From NCBI GenBank assembly GCA_963813685.1, contig CAWEZQ010000014.1:556182-620181 (forward strand): a stretch of 64,000 nucleotides of DNA, written 5' to 3'. Each line of letters begins with the position of its first letter. Positions within the stretch are counted from its first letter, which is position 1. Below the pieces are notes generated by a model. That model saw nothing but the letters and a program-made list of their open reading frames with translations. It was not told the origin of the DNA and searched no databases. Positions 20,650-29,566 of the stretch are shown in pieces. Origin of the DNA: an uncultured Solirubrobacteraceae bacterium. Its GTDB lineage: Bacteria > Actinomycetota > Thermoleophilia > Solirubrobacterales > Solirubrobacteraceae. The position numbers and the translations under genes are program-made.

Positions 20650-21693
20650 GTGCGGCTGAGGCGCAGCGACTGTGCGGCGCCGGGGATCTCGCGCCGGCGT
20701 CGGGGTCGCGGCTTTGAATACCTGGACCCGGATGGGGAGCGTGTCGGAGATCCCGAGGCGCTGGAGCGGATCGCGGAGCTCGTGATCCCGCCGGCCTGGC
20801 GGGATGTGTGGGTCTGCATGGACCCGCTTGGGCACTTGCAGGCCACCGGGGTCGACTCGGCGGGCCGAAAGCAGTACCTCTATCACGATCGTTGGCGCGC
20901 TCATCGTGACCGTCGCAAGTTCGGCTCGATGGTGGCGTTCGGGGCGGCGCTGCCGCGGCTGCGTCGCCGTGTGGCGCGCGACTTGAAGCTCTCAGACGGC
21001 GGCGGGCGAGTCGGGGCAGCGCGGCTGACCGAGCCGCGCGTTCTGGCCCTGGCGGTGAGGCTGCTGGACCTGGGTTTCTTTCGTATCGGCTCGGAGGACT
21101 ACGCGGAGCGCAACGCGTCCTACGGGCTGACGACGATGCTGCGCGAGCACGTGACGATCCACGAGGAGGAGGTGGTCTTCGACTTCCCCGCGAAGTCGGG
21201 GCAGCGGCGTGTGCAGGCGATCGCCGACCCCGAGGCGCTTGCCCTGCTCGCAGCGCTGAAGCGGCGCCGGCACGGCTCGCAGCTGCTCGCCTACCGGGCG
21301 GCCGATGGTTGGAAGGATCTCACGGCGGAGGAGGTGAACGCTCGTCTGAAGCGGTATTCGGGCGACGATTTCACCGCCAAGGACTTTCGTACCTGGAACG
21401 CGACAGTCTTGGCCGCGGTCGCGTTGGCGGGCGCCGAGGGGACGCACGGGCGGGCTGCACGTGAGCGGGAGGTCAAGCGGGCAATCAAGACCGTGGCGGC
21501 GTATCTCGGGAACACGCCCGCAGTGTGTCGTGCCTCCTACGTGGACCCGAGGGTGATCGATCGCTTCCAAGCGGGCGTGACGATCGCGCAGTCGATCGGC
21601 CGGGGTGGGCCTGATCTGGGTAAGCCACGTGTTCGCGCTCGGGTGGAGGGCGCCGTGCTGGAGCTGCTGCAGGAGGCGGCGCCTGGCGAGTGA
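20650..21693 (+). CDS. Bacterial DNA topoisomerase IB
   Basis: LVIPPAWRDVWVC, HLQATGVDSAGRKQYLYH, FRIGSEDYA, FPAKSG, AKDFRTWNAT, LGNTPAVCRASYV (catalytic Tyr); RBS GGAGG. Confidence 0.93.
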   Translation: MRLRRSDCAAPGISRRRRGRGFEYLDPDGERVGDPEALERIAELVIPPAWRDVWVCMDPLGHLQATGVDSAGRKQYLYHDRWRAHRDRRKFGSMVAFGAALPRLRRRVARDLKLSDGGGRVGAARLTEPRVLALAVRLLDLGFFRIGSEDYAERNASYGLTTMLREHVTIHEEEVVFDFPAKSGQRRVQAIADPEALALLAALKRRRHGSQLLAYRAADGWKDLTAEEVNARLKRYSGDDFTAKDFRTWNATVLAAVALAGAEGTHGRAAREREVKRAIKTVAAYLGNTPAVCRASYVDPRVIDRFQAGVTIAQSIGRGGPDLGKPRVRARVEGAVLELLQEAAPGE

Positions 21694-21797
21694 GAGACCG
21701 ACCTTGAGGAAATCCATCGGGCTGCTCTCCCATCTGCGCGCGGGATAACCTGCGGCCACCTCCGCGAACCATCCGGGGGTCCGCGGAGCGGGTTGGC

Positions 21798-21824
21798 GGA
21801 TTGGCGGGGCGGGCGGTTGGGTAG
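21798..21824 (+). promoter_or_regulatory. SigB/SigF-type promoter motif GGATT-N16-GGGTAG upstream of SDR-GH15
   Basis: GGATT 21798-21802, GGGTAG 21819-21824. Confidence 0.55.
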
Positions 21825-21850
21825 ATTCGCGGTGTGCCGGTCGGGTGTCC

Positions 21851-22843
21851 ATGAGCTCTGTGGTGGTTGCCGTAACGGGCGCTAGCTCGGGCGTTGGACG
21901 CGCCACCGCGCAGGCGTTTGCACGCGAGGGTGCGACGGTGGGATTGATCGCCCGCGGACGGGAAGCACTCGCCGCCACCGCGGCCGAGGTGCAGTCGCTG
22001 GGGGGACGGCCCGTGGTGCTGGAGTGTGACGTCGCCGACCCGCAGGCCGTCGAGGCGGCAGCAGGTGAGCTCGAGGAGCGCGGTGGCATCGACGTGTGGA
22101 TCAACAACGCGATGGCGAGCGTGTTCGCTCCCACTTGGGAGATCACCGCGGAGGAGTTCCGCAGGGTGACCGAGGTCACGTATCTGGGCGTTGTGTACGG
22201 GACGTTGTGCGCGCTTTCGCGGATGCGGGAGCGCGATCACGGCGTGATCGTGCAGGTCGGCTCGGCGCTTGCCTACCGCGGTATTCCCTTGCAGAGCCCT
22301 TACTGCGCGTGCAAGCACGCGATCCAGGGGTTCACCGAGTCGCTGCGTTGCGAGCTGATGCACGAGGGCAGCGCGGTGAGGGTGACGATGGTGCAGCTGC
22401 CCGCGCTGAATACACCGCAATTCGACACAGTGCGCACCCGTCTTCCGCGGCATCCGCAGCCGGTGCCGCCGATCTATCAGCCGGAGGTCGCCGCGAGGGC
22501 GATCGTGGCAGCGTCTCGTGAGCCGGCGCGGCGTGAGTGGTGGGCGGGAGCCTCGACCGCGCTCACGCTGCTCGGCAACGCGGTTGTCCCAGGCTTCGCA
22601 GACCGCTACCTGGCACGGACGGGGTTCGACTCCCAGCAGACGGATGAGCCGGTACAGCCTGGGCGGCCGGACAACTTGTTTGCGCCGGTGCCGGGCGAGC
22701 GTGCCGCGCACGGCGATTTTGACTGCCAAGCCAAATCGCGCAGCGTGCAGTGGGAGATGACTCGCCACCGGCGGCTGCTCGTCGGGGGCGTCGGGGTCGC
22801 GGCGGCGCTGCTGGGGCTGGGCGCGATGCGCCGGGAGCGATGA
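21851..22843 (+). CDS. SDR family oxidoreductase
   Basis: TGASSGVG, WINNA, YCACK (YxxxK). Confidence 0.92.
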   Translation: MSSVVVAVTGASSGVGRATAQAFAREGATVGLIARGREALAATAAEVQSLGGRPVVLECDVADPQAVEAAAGELEERGGIDVWINNAMASVFAPTWEITAEEFRRVTEVTYLGVVYGTLCALSRMRERDHGVIVQVGSALAYRGIPLQSPYCACKHAIQGFTESLRCELMHEGSAVRVTMVQLPALNTPQFDTVRTRLPRHPQPVPPIYQPEVAARAIVAASREPARREWWAGASTALTLLGNAVVPGFADRYLARTGFDSQQTDEPVQPGRPDNLFAPVPGERAAHGDFDCQAKSRSVQWEMTRHRRLLVGGVGVAAALLGLGAMRRER

Positions 22844-24708
22844 GCGAGCAGGCGCCCTCGATCGGCAGCTATGGGCTGATCGGGGACTGTCACAGCGCAG
22901 CGTTGGTCTCAGCGGCGGGTTCGGTCGACTGGTGCTGCCTTCCCCGCTTCGACAGCGGCAGCTGCTTTGCGCGGCTGCTCGACCGTGAGCGCGGTGGGTT
23001 CTGCGCCGTGTCTCCGGTGGATGACGAGGCGAGCTGGCGGGGCAGCAGCTACATCGAGGACACGCTGGTGCTCGAGAGCGTCCTCGAGGGGGCTCACGGC
23101 ACGGTTCGGGTCAGGGATTTCTTTGCGATGCGTGAGCACGGGGCGCTTCAGCCGCGTCGCGAGCTGATCCGGATCGTGGAGTGCCAGCGCGGCAGCGTCG
23201 AGGTGGAGGTCGAGGTGGCGCCTCGGTTCGACTATGGGGCGGTGCGGCCGTGGCTACGTCGTGTGGCAACGGACGCGTTCACGGCGATCGGCGGCGACGA
23301 CGCGCTCATCGTTTGGAGCGACGGCGAGCTCGCTGTCGAGCGCGACGCGCTGGTGGCGCGCAGACGGGTTCACGCAGGGGAGCGGCTGCGGCTCCTGATC
23401 CGGTTTGTGCGACCGCACCTGCTCGAGAGAGAGCCCGCCGCTCTGGCCGCCGACGAGGTCGACGGGCGTTTGGAGGAGACCATCCGGTGGTGGCGGGCTT
23501 GGCGTGAACGTCTGCACGGCGAGGGCCCCGACCGCGACGCGGTGGTGCGCTCGGCGTTGACGCTGAAGGCGCTGACGTACGCACCGACGGGGGCGATCGT
23601 GGCGGCAGCCACCACGTCGCTGCCGGAGACGGTTGGAGGCGAGCGGAACTGGGATTACCGGTACAGCTGGGTGCGGGACTCGACGTTGACCGCGCGGGTG
23701 CTGGCGGAGCTGGGCTGCGAACGCGAGGCCAGACGGTTTCGTCATTTCATCGTGCGAAGCTCCGCCGGGCACGCCGAGGATCTGCAAGTCCTCTTCGGCG
23801 TCGGCGGAGAGCGACGCATCTCAGAGGAAGAGCTCGACTTGGAGGGCTACCTCGGCTCGCGGCCGGTGCGGGTCGGCAACGACGCGGCGGGCCAGGTGCA
23901 GCTGGACGCTTTTGGGGAGATCCTGAACCTGGCGTGGCGCTGGCACCGTCGCGGGCACTCCCCAGACGATGACGAATGGCGGTTCTTCTCGGAGCTCGTG
24001 AACAGCGCGGTGGAGTGCTGGTCTGAGCCCGACAGAGGCATCTGGGAGTGGCGCGGTGAGCGCCGGCACTTCGTTCACTCCAAGGCCTGTTGCTGGGCGG
24101 CGGTCGACCGTGGGCTGCGCTTGGCCGGGGAGTGTGCCCGCAGTGCGCCTGTGAGGCGCTGGGAGAGGGCGCGGGAGGCGATCCGCGAGGCGATCGAGGA
24201 CCGCGGCTATGACTCGGAGCGCGGCGTGTTCGTGCAGTGCTTCGACGAGCCTGCGCTCGACGCCGCGCTGCTGTTGCTGCCCGTGGTGGGATTCGTGGCG
24301 TTCGATGATGAGCGGATGCGGCGCACAACCGACGCGGTGCGCGAGCAGCTGGACGCATGCGGGTTGCTCTATCGCTATCGCGAGGACGATCAGCTGCCGG
24401 GCCACGAGGGCGCTTTCCTTGCGTGCTCGTTCTGGCTGGCCGAGTGCTATGCCCGTCAGGGGAGGTTGGCGCAGGCGCGGGAGGTGTTCGACCGGGCGAT
24501 GGGCGCCGCCAGCCCGCTGGGGTTGTTCTCCGAGCAGGTCGACCCGGACAGCGGCGAGTTGCTCGGCAACTATCCGCAGACGCTGACGCACCTCTCCCAT
24601 GTCGCGGCGGCGCTGGCGCTTGCGCAGGGCGAGCACGGTGCCCGTTTGAGCAATGGTGCTCTGGGTATGACCCAGGCATGGAACTCGGAGGCATCTTCAT
24701 CCTCGTGA
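22840..24708 (+). CDS. Glycoside hydrolase family 15 (glucoamylase/trehalase-like)
   Basis: YGLIGDCHSAALV, AAATTSLPE, RNWDYRYSWVRD, GIWEWRG, GLFSEQ...LLGNYPQ. Confidence 0.92.
   Translation: MSEQAPSIGSYGLIGDCHSAALVSAAGSVDWCCLPRFDSGSCFARLLDRERGGFCAVSPVDDEASWRGSSYIEDTLVLESVLEGAHGTVRVRDFFAMREHGALQPRRELIRIVECQRGSVEVEVEVAPRFDYGAVRPWLRRVATDAFTAIGGDDALIVWSDGELAVERDALVARRRVHAGERLRLLIRFVRPHLLEREPAALAADEVDGRLEETIRWWRAWRERLHGEGPDRDAVVRSALTLKALTYAPTGAIVAAATTSLPETVGGERNWDYRYSWVRDSTLTARVLAELGCEREARRFRHFIVRSSAGHAEDLQVLFGVGGERRISEEELDLEGYLGSRPVRVGNDAAGQVQLDAFGEILNLAWRWHRRGHSPDDDEWRFFSELVNSAVECWSEPDRGIWEWRGERRHFVHSKACCWAAVDRGLRLAGECARSAPVRRWERAREAIREAIEDRGYDSERGVFVQCFDEPALDAALLLLPVVGFVAFDDERMRRTTDAVREQLDACGLLYRYREDDQLPGHEGAFLACSFWLAECYARQGRLAQAREVFDRAMGAASPLGLFSEQVDPDSGELLGNYPQTLTHLSHVAAALALAQGEHGARLSNGALGMTQAWNSEASSSS
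24644..24668 (+). promoter_or_regulatory. SigB/SigF-type promoter motif GTTT-N15-GGGTAT heading the enolase-oxidase-qcr operon
   Basis: GTTT 24644-24647, GGGTAT 24663-24668, ATG 9 nt later (24678). Confidence 0.6.
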
Positions 24709-24887
24709 TCGTGCTGGTGGTGGTGGCCGTGCTCGGCGGCGGCCTGTACGTGCTGAGCATGTGGCTGCGCGGCAAGCAGCTGGCGCCCGAGGGAGACGAG
24801 ATCGAGGGCGAACGGAAGGCTCCTCCACGACCCGAGCACGTAGAGGTCGAGAACGAGCACAACGCCCGTTTCGCCGGGACCCGCTGA
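24678..24887 (+). CDS. Small single-pass membrane protein (69 aa)
   Basis: MELGGIFILVIVLVVVAVLGGGLYVLSMWLR followed by a charged tail. Confidence 0.65.
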   Translation: MELGGIFILVIVLVVVAVLGGGLYVLSMWLRGKQLAPEGDEIEGERKAPPRPEHVEVENEHNARFAGTR

Positions 24888-24914
24888 GCCCGCACAGAAC
24901 CACGGAGCGAGCCT

Positions 24915-26054
24915 GTGAGCAGCGCGGACGCCGAGACTCCCACGGAGCGCCCGGTGCGTGAGGCTCAGCCCGTCATCGAGCAGCTCGCGGCGAGAGCCTT
25001 CACGATTCCGACCGACGCGCCGGAGGCGGATGGGACGCTCAGCTGGGACGCGACGACGATCGTCGTAGCCGAAGCGCGTGCGGCGGGGTGCACGGGCGTC
25101 GGCTACAGCTACACCGCCGCCGCCGGCGCCCCGCTCGTCGCTGAGCTCTTGGCCGGCGCGGTGGTGGGGAGGGATGCTCTTTCACCGCCTGCTGCGTGGG
25201 TGCGGATGAGGCGCGCGGTTCGCAACGTTGGCTATCCGGGGGTCGCGTCGAGCGCGATCTCGGCCGTGGACGTCGCGCTGTGGGATCTGAAGGCGCGGCT
25301 GCTGGGAGTGGCGCTGTGCGGGCTGTTGGGGCGGGTGCGCGAGCGGGTGCGGGTCTATGGAAGCGGCGGGTTCACCTCATATAGCGATGAGCAGATGCGG
25401 CGTCAGCTCACCGGCTGGGTCGAGCGAGGCATCACCGCAGTGAAGATGAAGGTCGGCTCCGAGCCCGACAGGGATCCGGAGCGCGTTCGAGACGCCCGCA
25501 GCGCGATTGGCGGGGACGTAGGTCTGTTCGTCGACGCGAACGGCGCCTACTCGCGCAAGCAGGCACTCAGGCTGGCCGACAGCTTCGCGCAGGAGTCGGG
25601 GGTATCTTGGTTTGAGGAGCCGGTCTCCTCCGACGATCTCGAGGGGCTGCGGTTGCTGCGCGACCGCGGCCCGGCCGGGATGGACATCGCCGCCGGCGAG
25701 TACGGCTATGACCTGTACTACTTCCGGCGGATGCTCGACGCAGGCGCCGTGGACGTACTGCAGGCGGACGTGACACGTTGCGGCGGGATCACTCAGCTCC
25801 TGCGGGTGGGCGCGTTGTGCGCTGCGCGGGGCCTTCGGCTCTCGGCGCACACGAGCCCGGCGATTCACGCGCATGTGTGCGCGGCGATCGAGCCACTCGC
25901 GCACGTCGAGTACTTCCACGACCACGCGCGCATCGAGGAGCTCTTGTTCGAGGGCGCCCCGGCGCTGCATGAGGGGGCACTGTGCCCTGACCCCGCGGTG
26001 ACCGGCATGGGGTTGGTGCTGCGCGAGGACGAGGCGGAGCGCTACGAGCACTGA
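24915..26054 (+). CDS. Mandelate racemase/muconate lactonizing (enolase superfamily) protein
   Basis: AVDVALWDLKA, KMK, VDANGA, WFEEP, AAGE metal ligands. Confidence 0.9.
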   Translation: MSSADAETPTERPVREAQPVIEQLAARAFTIPTDAPEADGTLSWDATTIVVAEARAAGCTGVGYSYTAAAGAPLVAELLAGAVVGRDALSPPAAWVRMRRAVRNVGYPGVASSAISAVDVALWDLKARLLGVALCGLLGRVRERVRVYGSGGFTSYSDEQMRRQLTGWVERGITAVKMKVGSEPDRDPERVRDARSAIGGDVGLFVDANGAYSRKQALRLADSFAQESGVSWFEEPVSSDDLEGLRLLRDRGPAGMDIAAGEYGYDLYYFRRMLDAGAVDVLQADVTRCGGITQLLRVGALCAARGLRLSAHTSPAIHAHVCAAIEPLAHVEYFHDHARIEELLFEGAPALHEGALCPDPAVTGMGLVLREDEAERYEH

Positions 26055-26689
26055 TGGCGAACACGCAGCACGCCTACGATCATGTGCAGGGCATCTACCT
26101 GCCGATCGCGGTGGGCGTGTTCGTGGCCGTGGTCGGCACACTGCTGGTGCTGCTGGGCCTCGGGGCGCGACGAAAGGTGCCGGGAGTGCGTTCGCAGGCG
26201 CTCGTGGCGGAGGTGGTCTTCGCGGGCGCCCTCGCGTTGGTGGTCGCATTCCTGTTGTGGGTCACGTTTACGGCTGAGACGCCGATCGACCGCACCGCCG
26301 CGCACCCTGGGTTTCGGATCAGGGTGATAGCTGCGCAGTGGAGCTGGCGGTTCGTCTACCCCGACGGTGTGACCGTGGTCGACGAGGACACGTGGCGTCC
26401 GAGGCCGGCGCTTGTGCCCACGGGCACGGAGGTCGAATTCGTGGGCGACTCCGAGGATGTGATCCACGGCTTCTGGGTGCCGGCTCTGCATTATCAACGC
26501 CAGTTCGTCCCGGGCTCCACGACGCGCTTCGACCTCGTCTTTCCGGCGGCGGGCTACTACGGCGGCGAGTGCTCGGTGCTGTGCGGTGACGACCACAGCG
26601 AGATGCACTTCGCCCTCCGCGCGGTCAGCCCGCAGAGCGTCGAGGACTGGTTGGCGCGCGAAGCCGTTCGCGAGGGAGTGTCCCCGTGA
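26054..26689 (+). CDS. ctaC: Heme-copper oxidase subunit II (CuA)
   Basis: Two TM helices, AQWSWRFVY, DVIHGFWVP, CSVLCGDDHSEM CuA motif. Confidence 0.88.
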   Translation: MANTQHAYDHVQGIYLPIAVGVFVAVVGTLLVLLGLGARRKVPGVRSQALVAEVVFAGALALVVAFLLWVTFTAETPIDRTAAHPGFRIRVIAAQWSWRFVYPDGVTVVDEDTWRPRPALVPTGTEVEFVGDSEDVIHGFWVPALHYQRQFVPGSTTRFDLVFPAAGYYGGECSVLCGDDHSEMHFALRAVSPQSVEDWLAREAVREGVSP

Positions 26690-28284
26690 GCGCTGTCGCG
26701 GTGCCGGCCCGGGCGGCTTCGCGGACGCTCGCCTCGACCGACCACAAGCGGATCGCCGGCACGGCCTGCTTGGTCGCGTTCGTGTTCTTTCTGGCGGGGG
26801 GCTTGTTGGCATTGCTGATGCGCAGTCAGCTCGCCGCGAACGGCGGCGTGGTCTCCCAGCAGACATACAACGAACTGTTCACGATGCACGGCTCGACGAT
26901 GGTCTACCTCGTGATCGTCCCGGTGGCGCTCGCGGTCGGGCTGTATTTCGTGCCGCTCCAGGTCGGCGCACCGGAGATCGCGGGCCCGCGGGCGGCGCTC
27001 GCCGGCCTGTGGATGCTCGTGTGCGGCGGCGTTTGCATGTGGTCGGGATTTCTCACCAGCGGTGGCGCCGCAGCGGCTTCGTGGTGGGGGTTTGACCCGC
27101 TCTCCGATTCGATTCGCTCGCCCGGCAGCGGCATGGAACTGTGGATCTTCGGGGTGATGCTGGCGACGCTCGGACAGATCCTGTGGGCCGGCTGCATCCT
27201 CTTCACAGCGCTTCGACGGCGGGCGCCCGGCATGACGTTGATGCGGATGCCGGTGTTCACCTGGACGATGGTCGTGACATGCCTGATGGTGGTGTTCGGG
27301 TTCCCCGCGCTGCTTCTCGCGCTCGGATTGCTGTGGGCTCAGCGTCACTTCGGCGGCGTGCTGGTAGGCGGCACCGGCGCGGTCGACTATCAGGCGCTCT
27401 TCTGGTTCTACGGGCACCCGGTCGTGTATGTGATGTTCTTCCCGTTCGTCGGGATGGTCGGCGAGGTGCTCGCCACCTTCTCCGCCCGGCGGTTCTTCGG
27501 CTACTCGGCGTTCGTGGTGGCGCTGCTGGCGTTCGCTGGCCTATCGATGACGGTGTGGGCGCACCACATGTTCACCTTCGGGGTTCTGTCGAACAAGTAT
27601 TTCGCGGCAACCTCGACCGCATTAATCGTCCCGGCCGGTATCGAGTACTTCGATTTCTTCGCGACGATCTGGCGCGGCAGCCTGCGTTTCACCACGGCGT
27701 TCCTGTTTGCGCTCGGTTTCCTCGTCCAGTTCCTGGTCGGCGGGCTGACGGGGATCATCCTGGCCTCGCCGCCATTGGACTACGGGCTGAACATGTCGTA
27801 CTTCGTGGTGGCGCATTTTCACTACACGATCTTCGCGGGCAGCGCGTTTGGGCTGTTCGCCGGTGTCTACTACTGGTTTCCGAAGGTCACCGGCGCGATG
27901 CTGCGTGAACGGCTGGGGAAGCTGCACTTCGCGCTGATGGTGGTGGGGACGAACTTGACCTTCTTTCCGATGTTCATTCTCGGCGCCGAGGGTATGACGC
28001 GCCGGATCGCGCGCTACCCGGCCTCCACCGGTTGGCAGTCCTTGAACATCCTCGAGACGGCGGGTTCCGTCGTGATCGCAATATCGGTCTTGGTGTTCGT
28101 TGCGAACATGCTGGTTTCGCTGCGTGACCGCCGAACGGCAGGGGGTGACCCTTGGGGCGCCCAGACATTGGAGTGGGCTACGAGCTCCCCGCCCCCGAGG
28201 CACAACTTCCGTGCGTTGCCGCCGATCCGTAGCCACGCGCCCCTGCTGGACCTGCGTGAAGCGCGGGAGGGGGTGGGCGTGTGA
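26686..28284 (+). CDS. ctaD: Heme-copper oxidase subunit I, divergent actinobacterial CtaD paralog
   Basis: TDHKRI, FTMHG, FWFYGHPVVY, VWAHHMF, VVAHFHY, GMTRR, LEWATSSPPPRHNF. Confidence 0.93.
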   Translation: MSAVAVPARAASRTLASTDHKRIAGTACLVAFVFFLAGGLLALLMRSQLAANGGVVSQQTYNELFTMHGSTMVYLVIVPVALAVGLYFVPLQVGAPEIAGPRAALAGLWMLVCGGVCMWSGFLTSGGAAAASWWGFDPLSDSIRSPGSGMELWIFGVMLATLGQILWAGCILFTALRRRAPGMTLMRMPVFTWTMVVTCLMVVFGFPALLLALGLLWAQRHFGGVLVGGTGAVDYQALFWFYGHPVVYVMFFPFVGMVGEVLATFSARRFFGYSAFVVALLAFAGLSMTVWAHHMFTFGVLSNKYFAATSTALIVPAGIEYFDFFATIWRGSLRFTTAFLFALGFLVQFLVGGLTGIILASPPLDYGLNMSYFVVAHFHYTIFAGSAFGLFAGVYYWFPKVTGAMLRERLGKLHFALMVVGTNLTFFPMFILGAEGMTRRIARYPASTGWQSLNILETAGSVVIAISVLVFVANMLVSLRDRRTAGGDPWGAQTLEWATSSPPPRHNFRALPPIRSHAPLLDLREAREGVGV

Positions 28285-28655
28285 GGCGCGCGGCAGTGGT
28301 CTTATTCGCCTGGGGGCTGTGGCTGGCCCTGCTGACCGCCCTGCAGGCTGTGTTCGCACCGAAACTGATCCAGTTCTCGATCCCGGCGGTGGCGAGCGCG
28401 TCGTGCGTGCTCGCCGGGCTGGTTGTGTGGGCGCTCGACGCGCGCCACGCGCGGGGCCGGCAGGTGTGGCTGATCGCCGACGGCTCGGTGGCCACCGTCA
28501 TGTTGGTGCTCGGGCTGGCGGTCGCGCTACTGGGCGCCGGGTTCGGGTTGTGGCTGATCCTGATCGGCGCGGGCATCACGGCGCTCGGCCTGGGCGGCGT
28601 GGCGCGCGAGTGGCGCGCCCGGACGAACGCCCTGCGCAAGGAGGGGTCGGGGTGA
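28281..28655 (+). CDS. Small membrane protein, possibly oxidase subunit IV (CtaF-like)
   Basis: 124 aa, about 4 hydrophobic segments, GLWLILIG...GGVAREW C-terminus; position in the operon. Confidence 0.6.
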   Translation: MRRAAVVLFAWGLWLALLTALQAVFAPKLIQFSIPAVASASCVLAGLVVWALDARHARGRQVWLIADGSVATVMLVLGLAVALLGAGFGLWLILIGAGITALGLGGVAREWRARTNALRKEGSG

Positions 28656-29566
28656 GCGCGCAACCCCCGACCGTCTCGCGGCTGTTGGGCAGCTGGACGC
28701 TGGACCCGCTGCTGCTGTGCCTGCTGTGCTTCGCGGCGGCGTTGTACTGGTGGGGCGCGATCCGCTCCCGCGGGCGCTGGCCGGCGCTGCGCACCACGTC
28801 GTTCATGACCGGCTTGTTCGTGGTGGCGCTGGCGCTGCTGTCGGGGATCGAGCGGTATGCGGATGAGCTCCTTTCGATGCACGTCCTCGAGCACCTGCTG
28901 TTGATCCTGATCGCCCCGATGATGCTGCTGTTTGGAGCCCCTGTGCGCCTGGCGCTGAGCGCCTCGCCATCCGCGGGTCGACGCGCGATCGCTCGGCTGC
29001 TCTGCAGCCGTGCAGCCCGTTTCCTGACCCGGCCGGCGTGCGGGTTCGCGCTTTTCACGGTGGTGGTGCTCGTCACGCATCTGACCGGTGTCTACGAGGC
29101 GGCGCTGCGAGATCAGACGATCCACGCGGGTGAGCACGCTGCCTACTTCTGCTCGGGGCTGTTGTTCCTCGCTCCGCTGCTTGCCGCCGACCCGATCCCG
29201 CATCCGCCGGGCGCGATCGCTCGCTTCTCGTGGCTGATGGCCGCGATGGTCGTGATGGCGCTGCCCGCCGGCGTGTTCCTGTTCGCCGGGCATGTGCGCT
29301 ACCCGCTTTATCTCGCGCCGGCGCGCGTCCTGCACACCTCGGCGCTCGCCGATCAGCGCACGGCGGGGCTGCTGATGCTGGTCGGCGGCGGGGCGGTGAT
29401 GGGCGTGCTGGCGATCGTGATCGCGATGGCTGCGATGCTCGTCGAAGAGCGACGGCAGCGACGCCGCGACAGCTACGCCGGTCAGCCCGCTCACGGCGCC
29501 TGCGCCAAAGGGGGGTTCGTGGATCCGTCACGGGAGCTGGCGTCACGGGAGCTGGCGGGCCTATGA
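28652..29566 (+). CDS. Cytochrome c oxidase assembly factor (caa3 CtaG family)
   Basis: SMHVLEHLLLILIAP, EHAAYF, DQRTAGLLM; multiple TM segments. Confidence 0.82.
   Translation: MSAQPPTVSRLLGSWTLDPLLLCLLCFAAALYWWGAIRSRGRWPALRTTSFMTGLFVVALALLSGIERYADELLSMHVLEHLLLILIAPMMLLFGAPVRLALSASPSAGRRAIARLLCSRAARFLTRPACGFALFTVVVLVTHLTGVYEAALRDQTIHAGEHAAYFCSGLLFLAPLLAADPIPHPPGAIARFSWLMAAMVVMALPAGVFLFAGHVRYPLYLAPARVLHTSALADQRTAGLLMLVGGGAVMGVLAIVIAMAAMLVEERRQRRRDSYAGQPAHGACAKGGFVDPSRELASRELAGL

Noticed and set aside
20650-21693. TopIB as the missing integrase of the island
   Set aside because: Shares a fold with tyrosine recombinases but has specific TopIB motifs (KQYLY, AKDFRTW, GNTPAVCR.SY) and is far from the att repeat
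29526-29557. 15-bp tandem duplication CGTCACGGGAGCTGG at the end of the CtaG-like gene
   Set aside because: Two in-frame copies in a disordered tail; most likely simple slippage
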